NCBI GenBank assembly: GCA_051883415.1
Contig: JBJETR010000064.1
Span: forward strand, 18,573 to 82,572
Source of the DNA: Christensenellales bacterium
Lineage (GTDB): Bacteria; Bacillota; Clostridia; Christensenellales; UBA3700
Direction: 5' to 3'
Length of the DNA stretch: 64,000 nt
The translations under genes and the position numbers were made by a program. The notes under the pieces are model-generated. The model made no database searches. It was not told the DNA's origin and saw only the letters and a program-made list of their open reading frames with translations. Each line of letters begins with the position of its first letter. Positions within the stretch are counted from its first letter, which is position 1. Below are positions 28,001 through 34,900 of this stretch, piece after piece.

Positions 28001-29226
28001 TCAACGGCGTGATTGCAGGCGACGATGCCCAAGCTGTCATCCTATACAACGGCAATGAAGAAGCAATCAACGTAGGCGAATACGTTGTCACTGTCGTAGC
28101 TTCCAATGGTAACTACGAGATAGTAGGCAACTATAGTCAAAATATGACTATCGTAGCAAGAGAGTTGACGCTCGATAGCTTCGTATTCGATAGCAGTTAC
28201 GTATACGACGGTACCGCTAAGACCGCGAGTGCAATCCTCAACAATATACCTGCAGAAGAAACGCAGAGCAATTTGTTCTCATTAAGATTTGCTAAAGGCG
28301 GTGAAGAACCTGCCGAGACAGCAATCAATGCGGGCGTGTATAGCGTGACTATCGTGCTAACCAGCAACAACTATACCTTGGCTGATTATACGGCAGGCTC
28401 GTTGACTATTGACAAAAAGGCTATTACCGTAGCCAGCGTAGAAGGAACGAGTAACCAATACGACGGCAACGTTAAAGTTCTTACCGTTGTATTCGACGGC
28501 GTTGTAGACGGCGAGGTTGTAGAATACGTATACGTTGACGAAGAAGGAAACGCTATCAATCCAATCGATGCAGGTACCTATGACGGTTACATAGCATTGG
28601 ATCCAAACGGCACTGTTGCAGCCAACTACGATTTGACAAGCGTTGACCAAGTTACTTTGACTATTACCAAAGTGGCAAACGTGATAAACGTAAACGATAT
28701 TACCGTTGTTGCCAACTACAATAAGTTGACTGTCAACGGCGTAAGCGGAGAGGACGTTCGTTATAGCCTTGACGGAACTAATTGGCAAAAGAGTAACGTA
28801 TTTAGTGTAAGTGCAAAAAATACTTACAAAGTATACGTGAAAATTGTGGGTGACAGCAACCACAACGATAGTGAGGTTGTTAGCGTCAATAATATCAAGA
28901 CGGGTGGAGATCCAACCGTTATCAATACAAAACTCGATGCAATAGGCGATTTTGGATTTGACGATATAGCAGCGTTGAAAGAAATCGAAGAGCTAATCAA
29001 TGACATTGCAGACGTCGACAAGAACGTGATTGACTCTAGCAAGCTTGGCAGCGTAAGAAATGCTTACAACACTCTCATCAATGACGCTAAGATCGTTGTA
29101 AACGAAGCACAAAACGTTGCAGGTAAAGCGGCAGGCAGAGAAGTAGGTGCTGCTGCGGCGGCAAGCATGGCGTTGTCTTTGGGCGCAATAGCACTAGCAA
29201 TCGTCAAAAAGAAAATGTTGGCGTAA
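22099..29226 (+). CDS. Giant (2,375-aa) envelope protein. Signal peptide, GLUG-like head, about 17 MBG-type (YDG / YG) stalk modules, helical segment, C-terminal TM helix plus KKK tail.
   Basis: GGGGAGGA lies in the 12-nt gap. The signal peptide ends near SFA-SP. Head motifs include LDGKGYTITL, AGGLAQINKGIIKNVNF, VGGFAGTLMGGTIKNSTV and VGGFCGVVNNGGNIYNV. Repeated modules look like KTYDGTAK...NAGxYxV...NY...I.pk. The C-terminus is SMALSLGAIALAIVKKKMLA. Confidence 0.85.
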   Translation: MNKINKKSLIALVIAVLAIVTLTGAMALSFASPSGYTSQGDYGVANTSSEIGENTPTLTGSLIYSSSDLVSALSSGTGDHVLYSNVTLDASSLWSSTTSTVGVLDENFVLDGKGYTITLTGATSFYRTDYSPSNYSAIQNNFSTTEICKVAGGLAQINKGIIKNVNFVWANSIDYGESLQANDNTDAYQSTSYGMIFGINAGTIDNCTLTVNNFMRVNIRLTNQSWNSHLHTSAVGGFAGTLMGGTIKNSTVTLNQGITAVQQGISWSSWGTKYAGQNKLWVGGFCGVVNNGGNIYNVTTKGTGNIHVNSVESLSQNQNSIVAASGIVAGCNAIAADSDSTNTGNWTSMGGAGTINGVMNYWTGTARTMVGGSFGAELGPTSGTVTTGSRDFTGQGVICGLAGNNSSNGGPTVHNIYYINMDVPSAVFAKNWNYSSTGDTITGTTPTGTASIKTTVNTTVSTTAFPNTGTLKIYFDGTTDTAEPKVSFDAPYYSGDGFTFGGAQGIVWRVKYTTPTEPNRTLDIYKSVGSVDNVDSYKSWNTESKIPRTLTGDNQKFEFTFDTGIVATYGNPRNPKLNGVITDMPTDETYSNIYIATGHEFDGSGLYIPSLRLYSDSAKTKLVGQIQGDESVFKAYKQGAPGQQYNLSDAIDVATWEIYCPVQDSTYDILFTATNTENMNVVVFKENDNFRIRQVTTPKSVTVSYTNAPADFVYNSSPAAFTATASGLVSGYEATPNIEYYKLVEEEGVWNEVAIVDNQAENAGKYRAKITTMSSSNYVVANPEELAIDFEITPREITVTPLPEELEATNPIFTYDGLEKLPTYSVFGNGVSEASALIKILNVVDNNVIKVTYEPYATETTNATDDRFVNAGTYKMILEKESGTMSANYSFEKTTFIIEIGRADVTITVSAEETIQDGVIIKEYNQGFQKVVWNIVKPENGETPVLSESYKNNENGIAMADGAATGGMYTVTASIDIDKGFNNNYKYTVYEVALRVKPKDFTINWFPNLTAEDVEAKKIVPYVSEIYDYGNVSRTGMFKDDARDDAYDITGFKYMWKATEEGEYTQVSQAFNAGYYVVSPIMETYGNYNMLNGEFAFQITPITTTIEVTPTSKLYGDVDPAFDWAVAGGYTPLFENDEVIPNFLASEQYSAPGTYAVTLASVGGAQGVNYVITLIENTALTINKRGVSIEFGVEGAVDNVAIYDGTIKTFTTPIFTYQNENFVDAEGKMGVQYEYYKIDRTVINASEIRNAGKYSVSVLLTEEADKYFTITYGSVVNFMIDKLTVTIDTMDKVVTYGDEIGDYTWNYADGSATFVAEDGIVVTPTCSYVRYGNCGTFDILATIADSVDDEVQLAENYNLEFGNVGQLVVNKRGIVVKAITLPLDKTYDGTAKVVQAVCDNIVNEDVLNFTYTFNGLAQAVDKGSYSVNVDLVDNNYYIEQTTSELLVITARKVVLEVDDVNLTYGADVPTITWKYAMGSLQFVEDDGVSVNVATDYTKFSAVGNYAISVETNASDNYDVTLPNNAEVVVNALAITATLTMPVELVYNGLEKTIEANLNGVLGDDVVDFDVFYNGGASAIDAGNYVVTVVSNNANYTISVDGIDNFTISPKTIKFLTNDGEKGYGSDIIVFADGVAPYELIDGTIEDRDVDDVIISVACDLAEEIRGATTPNAIYVVLSGSKAGNYNAVTETKGSITIVSNSLSNVVLEEASSIYDATDKVAGINVLNVKKDDVTITYKDCNDIDVAAIINAGTYKVVVEVKAEAQVNYQGDMSIELPYVVEKRTIDIVAVNTQLTYGDIKPATFWAYAEGSLEMIDSDALAITVNEAYNETSPAGTPINVTYVAPINDNYIFNLPQDVQITVAKKTLTFIVDLPTDAVYDKTAKEAGTAISGVVNGDDISIDVLYSDNVNAGECQVTLQVGGTKKDNYIWDEYEGSFVIAPKQITVNKMNLPIDLVYSATAKVASVELNGVIAGDDAQAVILYNGNEEAINVGEYVVTVVASNGNYEIVGNYSQNMTIVARELTLDSFVFDSSYVYDGTAKTASAILNNIPAEETQSNLFSLRFAKGGEEPAETAINAGVYSVTIVLTSNNYTLADYTAGSLTIDKKAITVASVEGTSNQYDGNVKVLTVVFDGVVDGEVVEYVYVDEEGNAINPIDAGTYDGYIALDPNGTVAANYDLTSVDQVTLTITKVANVINVNDITVVANYNKLTVNGVSGEDVRYSLDGTNWQKSNVFSVSAKNTYKVYVKIVGDSNHNDSEVVSVNNIKTGGDPTVINTKLDAIGDFGFDDIAALKEIEELINDIADVDKNVIDSSKLGSVRNAYNTLINDAKIVVNEAQNVAGKAAGREVGAAAAASMALSLGAIALAIVKKKMLA

Positions 29227-29238
29227 GGAGGAAATAAT

Positions 29239-29736
29239 ATGAAAAAGAAATTGTTGATAGCAATATTGGTATTGACTGTGGTTTTGGTGGGGGCTTTGGC
29301 AGGATGTAAGACCAAGCTCACGACCAAAGATTTCTACAACATAGCCTCCTACACTACCTCGTCATCGCAGACGAGGAGTGTATCCGTCACCGTTAATCAA
29401 GGCGAAACTTTGATTTATAGCAACGTCAACGGCGAAGTGCAAGATCCTTATAATATCGGTTTTGACAACGCAATCACGCAAAACGTTGGTAGCGGACTAA
29501 AATTTGAAAAGGCTTATTTTACCAAAGAAGTGGTTGTCAATGGCAAAGCTACTTCTAAGTACACTGCCGATATCGTAGATACTAATGCTTTCTTGGGCGC
29601 TAGTGACGCACAAAACGCAACTATCGAAGTGATTGTCAATACCGAAGCTAAGACTTTGGCTTCCACCACTATCAAATACGACGTAGTAAAGACTTCTGCA
29701 ACGTATTCGGTTGAAATCGTGGTGACTGTAGGCTAA
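29239..29736 (+). CDS. Small (165-aa) lipoprotein of unknown function; last gene of the giant operon
   Basis: GGAGGA lies in the 12-nt gap. The signal peptide ends in the lipobox L-A-G-C. The mature part is beta-strand-rich by composition. Confidence 0.75.
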   Translation: MKKKLLIAILVLTVVLVGALAGCKTKLTTKDFYNIASYTTSSSQTRSVSVTVNQGETLIYSNVNGEVQDPYNIGFDNAITQNVGSGLKFEKAYFTKEVVVNGKATSKYTADIVDTNAFLGASDAQNATIEVIVNTEAKTLASTTIKYDVVKTSATYSVEIVVTVG

Positions 29737-29749
29737 AAACTTACCAATC

Positions 29750-29798
29750 AAACGGTGACCTTTTTGAGCAATACGCTTGAAATAAGGTCACCGTTTTT
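29750..29798 (+). terminator. Probable terminator of the giant operon (long-loop hairpin)
   Basis: aaacggtgacc ... ggtcaccgttt form an 11-bp stem with a 25-nt loop, followed by TTT. Confidence 0.5.
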
Positions 29799-29859
29799 GT
29801 ATGTAGTCATAATTGGCGTAGCATTTTACTTTGGTACGTCAATGTGTTATAATACCACT

Positions 29860-31035
29860 ATGAAATATGATTTTGACGTAATTATAATAGGTGGAGGAGT
29901 TTCCGGTATAGTTTGCGCCATAGAGTGTGCTCGCAACAAGCGAGTTGCGCTGATTGAGGCGGGCGATAAGATTGGCAAAAAGATACTTGTCAGTGGCAAC
30001 GGTAGATGTAACCTCTCCAACGAGGACATGGGGGTTGAGCATTACAACAGCGAGTTCGTAGCGCCTATTTTGGCACGATACAATTGTCAAAAGGTGAGGG
30101 ACAAACTATTGGAATACGGCTTGGTGACCAAGAGTGAAGACGGTAGAATCTATCCTTACAGCGAAAGTGCTACCGCCGTGCTTAACGTGTTTTTGTCGGC
30201 TTTGAGAGCAAGAGGCGTAAGCGTGATTACCAATGCTTTAGCGACTGAGATTGCTCCTCAAACCAAAGGGTGGAGAGTAGCTACCTCTCAAGGTGCTTTT
30301 AGTGCCGAAAAGGTCGTGATTGCTACAGGTTCTAAAGCCACATTCGGATTGGCAAGTTATGATTTGGTCAAGCCTCTCGGTATACCTTCCACCTTGCTAG
30401 CGCCTACTTTGGTCGCTCTAAAGAGTAAGAGTGTCAAAGGTGCTAACGGCGTGAGAAGTAAGGTTAGAAGTTGCGTCGAGATTGACGGTAAGAGATATCC
30501 AACCTACAAAGGGGAATATCTATTTAAGGACGGGGCTATCTCGGGTGTGCTTGCCCTCATTCAGTCGTCGCACGTGGCTAGGGCGAGCAGGTCGGGATAC
30601 AAGCGTTGTACGTTGCATATAGACTTCGTGCCCGATATGACGAGACAGCAACTTGCTAATTATATAATAGACTCTTACAATCCTCGTGGCGGTATGCTGG
30701 AGGGATTGCTCCATAAGGCTATCGTAGCCAATATTACGACACACGTTGCTATGGATAGATCGCTGATTATGTCCGAAGTCAAGGCTAACGCTATTGCCGA
30801 GAGGTGCAAAGATTACGTGGCAGAGATAGACGGCACGCTGGGGCTTAATCATGCTCAAGCCGTATGTGGCGGATTGAGCCTGGATTGCTTCGACACCCGG
30901 ACGCTAGAGAGTAAAACTTGCCAAGGATTGTATGCCACAGGCGAAGTGTTGGACGTGGACGGAGAATGCGGTGGATACAATATACATTGGGCAATCGCCA
31001 GCGGACTAGCGGTTGCGGAGGATATAAATGCTTAA
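29860..31035 (+). CDS. NAD(P)/FAD-dependent oxidoreductase (HI0933/BaiN-like flavoprotein)
   Basis: MKYDFDVIIIGGGVSGIVCA is a Rossmann GxGxxG, followed by GRCNLSN, a motif typical of the HI0933-like family. I placed the start at the ATG at 29860. The longer track ORF overlaps the upstream terminator. Confidence 0.8.
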   Translation: MKYDFDVIIIGGGVSGIVCAIECARNKRVALIEAGDKIGKKILVSGNGRCNLSNEDMGVEHYNSEFVAPILARYNCQKVRDKLLEYGLVTKSEDGRIYPYSESATAVLNVFLSALRARGVSVITNALATEIAPQTKGWRVATSQGAFSAEKVVIATGSKATFGLASYDLVKPLGIPSTLLAPTLVALKSKSVKGANGVRSKVRSCVEIDGKRYPTYKGEYLFKDGAISGVLALIQSSHVARASRSGYKRCTLHIDFVPDMTRQQLANYIIDSYNPRGGMLEGLLHKAIVANITTHVAMDRSLIMSEVKANAIAERCKDYVAEIDGTLGLNHAQAVCGGLSLDCFDTRTLESKTCQGLYATGEVLDVDGECGGYNIHWAIASGLAVAEDINA

Positions 31036-32617
31036 GGTCAACAACGTCAAAGTACCTACGATTTTTAGTGATGCGGACGTGCTTAACTGCCTTTCACATA
31101 CTCTAAGAGTCAAGCCAAGTCGTATCAAGAGTTGGGAACTTGCAAAAAAATCCTTGGACTGTCGCAAGAGGGATGATATAAAATACGTACTCAGCGTGTT
31201 GGTAGAGTTAGACAACGAGAGCGATTATCTGAGGCACAATCGTAAGGCAAACGAAATGCTTTTCGTGCCGACAAAGTCAACGATACGAGAGTTGCTCTCC
31301 GATATCAAGGTCAATCCGCTCATCCGCCCAATAGTGGTGGGTAGCGGTCCTGCGGGTATGTTTGCAGCACTGACTTTGGCTACTGCGGGAGCGAAACCTA
31401 TCGTTGTCGAGAGAGGAAAAGCCGTTCAACAAAGACAAGCCGACGTCAAGAATTTTTGGCAAGGCGGAGAGCTTAATCCTGAGAGCAATATACAATTCGG
31501 CGAGGGTGGAGCAGGCACGTTTAGTGACGGAAAACTCAATACAGGTATCGCAAACGAGAAGATTGGAATGGTTTTGAACGAGCTGGTCGAGGCGGGGGCA
31601 CCCGTCAATATTAAGTGGGACGCCAAGCCTCATATAGGCACGGATATTTTGGTTGAATGCGTGCAAAATATAAGGAAAAAAATTATTGAGCTGGGCGGAG
31701 AATACTTATTTGAAACCAAACTCGTAGACGTCAAGAAAAAGGACGGCAAGTTGTGCGGAGTGACTTTGCAAAGCAATGGACAAGAGTATGATTTGCCTTG
31801 CAACGTGTGCGTGCTTGCCATAGGACACAGCGCAAGGGATACCTTTGAAATGCTGTCGGGCATAGTGATGATGGAGCAAAAGGCTTTTTCGATAGGCGTG
31901 CGTATAGAGCATTTGCAGAGCAATATCAATCGTGCCCAATACGGACGTGATGCAAAAGAGTTGGGAGCTAGCGACTACAAGCTCGCCGCACATCTTGATG
32001 GCGGAAGGTCGTGTTATACATTTTGTATGTGCCCGGGCGGATACGTCGTTGCGGCGGCTTCGGAGCAAGGCGGTGTGGTTACCAACGGAATGAGTTATCA
32101 CGATAGGGAGGGCGTCAACGCCAATAGCGCTCTGCTAGTGGGTGTTTCGCCTGCCGATTTTGAAGGTCAAAACGTGCTTGCAGGCGTGGAATTTCAACGA
32201 AAATACGAGAGATTGGCATATGCCGTATCGGGCTCATACAAAGCACCGTGTCAAAGAGTGGGAGATTTGCTCTCGGGTAAGTCCACAGGCAAGTTGGGAG
32301 AGGTGAAACCGACCTATCTGCCGGGCGTAGAGCTCAGCGACATTAGGGCGTGTCTACCCAACTACGTTGTAGACGGCATCAAAGAGGCAATAGGGATATT
32401 CGATAGCAAAATAAAGGGCTTTGGCAACGAGGACGCATTGTTGACGGGAGTCGAAACTCGTTCGAGCTCGCCTGTGAGAATTTTGAGGGACGAGTACGGC
32501 AACAGTTCGGTGCAAGGATTGATTCCTTGTGGTGAAGGTGCGGGCTATGCCGGCGGAATTACTTCGGCGTGCGTGGATGGCATAAACATGGCGCTCAAAG
32601 CTATCAGACAGTTGTGA
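31028..32617 (+). CDS. FAD-dependent protein (COG2509-like uncharacterised dehydrogenase)
   Basis: IVVGSGPAGMFAALTLA...FGEGGAGTFSDGKLNT is a motif typical of this family. It overlaps the previous gene by 8 bp. Confidence 0.8.
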   Translation: MLKVNNVKVPTIFSDADVLNCLSHTLRVKPSRIKSWELAKKSLDCRKRDDIKYVLSVLVELDNESDYLRHNRKANEMLFVPTKSTIRELLSDIKVNPLIRPIVVGSGPAGMFAALTLATAGAKPIVVERGKAVQQRQADVKNFWQGGELNPESNIQFGEGGAGTFSDGKLNTGIANEKIGMVLNELVEAGAPVNIKWDAKPHIGTDILVECVQNIRKKIIELGGEYLFETKLVDVKKKDGKLCGVTLQSNGQEYDLPCNVCVLAIGHSARDTFEMLSGIVMMEQKAFSIGVRIEHLQSNINRAQYGRDAKELGASDYKLAAHLDGGRSCYTFCMCPGGYVVAAASEQGGVVTNGMSYHDREGVNANSALLVGVSPADFEGQNVLAGVEFQRKYERLAYAVSGSYKAPCQRVGDLLSGKSTGKLGEVKPTYLPGVELSDIRACLPNYVVDGIKEAIGIFDSKIKGFGNEDALLTGVETRSSSPVRILRDEYGNSSVQGLIPCGEGAGYAGGITSACVDGINMALKAIRQL

Positions 32618-32655
32618 AAAAGCAACAAACGGTAGTCTTAATACAAAAATTGGTA

Positions 32656-32684
32656 TTGATATATCGCCAATGCTGTGATATAAT
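32656..32684 (+). promoter_or_regulatory. Sigma-A-type promoter for the LRR protein gene
   Basis: TTGATA, a 17-nt spacer, then TATAAT, about 30 nt upstream of the ATG at 32713. Confidence 0.5.
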
Positions 32685-32712
32685 AAATTGATAAATAATT
32701 TTGGAGAACAGA

Positions 32713-34440
32713 ATGAGCAAAAACGCAAGAATTATTACGTTGGCTACCCTTTTGATAGTGGCAATCATAGCCTCTATCGTAATGGTGATAGTATTTGCAA
32801 CTAAGCACGGCGACCAGAGCTCGAGCGGGAATTTTGAATATACTTCTTCGGGCTTGACGTGTACTATAACCGCTTATACGGGCGATGACGAAACGGTTTA
32901 CATCCCCGAGAGGATAGCCGGCAAGAAAGTCGTGGCTATCAAAGAAGGTGCTTTTAAGGGTAAAAGCATAGTAAATATTGAGTTTGACGGCAATTTCGGC
33001 GATATTACTTTGGGCGAAGGCGTATTTTCTAATATGTCGTCGTTGGTTTACGTCAAGCTGCCTCAAGGTTTGACCAAAATTCCTGACAAAGCCTTTTATG
33101 AATGCAAAAAACTTACTCACGTAACTTTTCCTTCTACCGTGCAGAGCATCGGCAGCTATGCCTTTTACAACTGCTCGGCACTCGTTTATTCGGGCTCGGG
33201 AGAGAGCGACGGAATAATATTGCCAACCGACCTTCTCAGCGTAGGTAAATACGCCTTTTACGGATGCAACGCAATAGCCAAGCTTACTCTCAATGACAAA
33301 CTTGAAAGTATCGAAGAATACGCCTTCAACAAGGCTAGCAACCTCAGAACGTTGACTGTGGGAGAGGGTAGTTTGTTGAAAACGATAGGTGATCATGCGT
33401 TCGATTCGGCGAAACTCGAATCGACTACTTCGGCTCCAATCGAGTTGCCAAAATTGGAGAACATCGGCAAATATGCCTTTGCCAACAACTCTTCTTACTT
33501 CAACTATTTCTATCTAGGCAAAAACGTCAAGTTGGTGGATGACTACGCTTTTTCGGGTTGTAGCAATCTTACTACTGTCAAGTATGCCGAGGATATTGCT
33601 TTGACTAGTATGGGTAAAGGCGTGTTCTTCAACGACAGCGGATTGGTTTATATTGAAGCAAAAGGCGAGAATGAGAAGCCGTCTGATATCGAAGCGGTAC
33701 CAAATGCTTTGCCTGATAGCATAACTTCTATAGCCGAGTTGACCTTTAGCGGTTGCTACAATTTGCTCAACAAAAGGAATTTTGTCATTGGTAAAAACGT
33801 AACCGAGATTGGTAGCGGTGCTTTTGCAATATACAATAGCACTTACACCTCAAGAGCTACGCTTACAGTATTCGAACTAGACGTTGATACGCAAAACGAG
33901 AACTTTAAGATGCAACCACTAGGCGACTTCAAAAGACCTAATACGACCGATCCGTCGAGGACTAGACATAGCTTGCTTATGGACAAGAGCGGAGAAAAGG
34001 TGATTGCTTATATAGGAACGTATACAACCTTTGAGACTACAAGTGAAGGCGACTACAACGGTTGTTATAGAACAGATCCGTCCGACCTCAACAATAAGAC
34101 TCACAATGCATTTACCTTCCTAGATACGGAGGATATTCGCAATACTTTGACGACAATAGGCGATTACGCCTTTGCGGGAGTGAGATTCGATAGAATATAT
34201 ATCGTGCCTGGGGTAAAGAATATCGGCAACTTTGCCTTTAAGGGTAGCGATATAGACGTCGTTTTGTTTGGTAGCAACAACTGCACTTTTGCACAAGATA
34301 CATTTGACGGTATGCAGAGTGATTTGACCGTGTATTTGATGAAAGGTACTAGCGGCGGACGCATACAAGAACAAGTGGAAGCAATGCGAGAAGACGACGT
34401 AGTAATCGATATTGGCTGGATGGACGAAATGTTCAAATAG
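32713..34440 (+). CDS. BspA-type leucine-rich-repeat surface protein with an N-terminal membrane anchor
   Basis: GGAG is upstream of the ATG at 32713. There is an N-terminal TM (IITLATLLIVAIIASIVMVIVFA). The AFxxCxxLxxVxxPxxVxxIGxYAF units repeat. Confidence 0.8.
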   Translation: MSKNARIITLATLLIVAIIASIVMVIVFATKHGDQSSSGNFEYTSSGLTCTITAYTGDDETVYIPERIAGKKVVAIKEGAFKGKSIVNIEFDGNFGDITLGEGVFSNMSSLVYVKLPQGLTKIPDKAFYECKKLTHVTFPSTVQSIGSYAFYNCSALVYSGSGESDGIILPTDLLSVGKYAFYGCNAIAKLTLNDKLESIEEYAFNKASNLRTLTVGEGSLLKTIGDHAFDSAKLESTTSAPIELPKLENIGKYAFANNSSYFNYFYLGKNVKLVDDYAFSGCSNLTTVKYAEDIALTSMGKGVFFNDSGLVYIEAKGENEKPSDIEAVPNALPDSITSIAELTFSGCYNLLNKRNFVIGKNVTEIGSGAFAIYNSTYTSRATLTVFELDVDTQNENFKMQPLGDFKRPNTTDPSRTRHSLLMDKSGEKVIAYIGTYTTFETTSEGDYNGCYRTDPSDLNNKTHNAFTFLDTEDIRNTLTTIGDYAFAGVRFDRIYIVPGVKNIGNFAFKGSDIDVVLFGSNNCTFAQDTFDGMQSDLTVYLMKGTSGGRIQEQVEAMREDDVVIDIGWMDEMFK

Positions 34441-34456
34441 ACTCTACAACTAACCA

Positions 34457-34487
34457 AAATCAACCGCATAATGCGGTTGATTTTTTG
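34457..34487 (+). terminator. Rho-independent terminator after the LRR gene
   Basis: aaatcaaccgcat/atgcggttgattt hairpin followed by TTTT. Confidence 0.7.
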
Positions 34488-34509
34488 TTTTGAAAAACAA
34501 ATAAACGTC

Positions 34510-34535
34510 AAAAACTCAATACGTATCGGCTTTTT
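34510..34535. repeat. Variant copy of the palindromic intergenic element
   Basis: aaaaactcaatacgtatcggcttttt has the A5 / ATACGTAT core / T5 architecture with mismatched arms. Confidence 0.6.
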
Positions 34536-34655
34536 AATTTTTTAGTCAAAAAAATGCCACCAATATGATTGAGATAAAACGTATGTAAAAATTTGTAGAC
34601 TTAGGAAAAAATACGTTATGCAAGTCGTACTTGATAAAATGCAAGAAATGCTTGC

Positions 34656-34684
34656 TTGACAAAGCCCTTGAGTAATGTCATAAT
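34656..34684 (+). promoter_or_regulatory. Sigma-A-type promoter for the small membrane peptide gene
   Basis: TTGACA, a 17-nt spacer ending in TGT, then CATAAT. Confidence 0.5.
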
Positions 34685-34708
34685 TGGTATAAGTAGGAGG
34701 TGTCGTCA

Positions 34709-34858
34709 ATGGAAGATAAGGATATAAAGCAAATTATTCAAGAAGTGCTAAAGGCACAAAAGAAAAGCATATTTTGGCAAAAGGTGATAAGCGTTGCACT
34801 CGTCGCGATAATCTTCTTGTTGATAGTAGCGTTGTTGTGTATTACTGAGACGATATAG
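34709..34858 (+). CDS. Unannotated 49-aa single-pass membrane peptide (below the ORF-track cutoff)
   Basis: GTAGGAGGTG is 7 nt upstream of the ATG. The translation is MEDKDIKQIIQEVLKAQKKSIFWQKVISVALVAIIFLLIVALLCITETI. It has its own promoter and a downstream terminator. Confidence 0.5.
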   Translation: MEDKDIKQIIQEVLKAQKKSIFWQKVISVALVAIIFLLIVALLCITETI

Positions 34859-34900
34859 CCAACGCATAAACTAGACATTATTTCATTATTTTTTCCTCTA

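Noticed and set aside
29755-29859. N-terminal extension of the HI0933-like flavoprotein (track ORF start at 29755).
   Set aside because: The GTG start lies inside the upstream terminator hairpin. The Rossmann fold begins right after the ATG at 29860.
32638-33396. 252-aa minus-strand ORF overlapping the start of the LRR gene.
   Set aside because: It is antisense to a well-supported LRR CDS with promoter, RBS and repeat structure. It has no RBS and its translation is unstructured. It is a shadow ORF.
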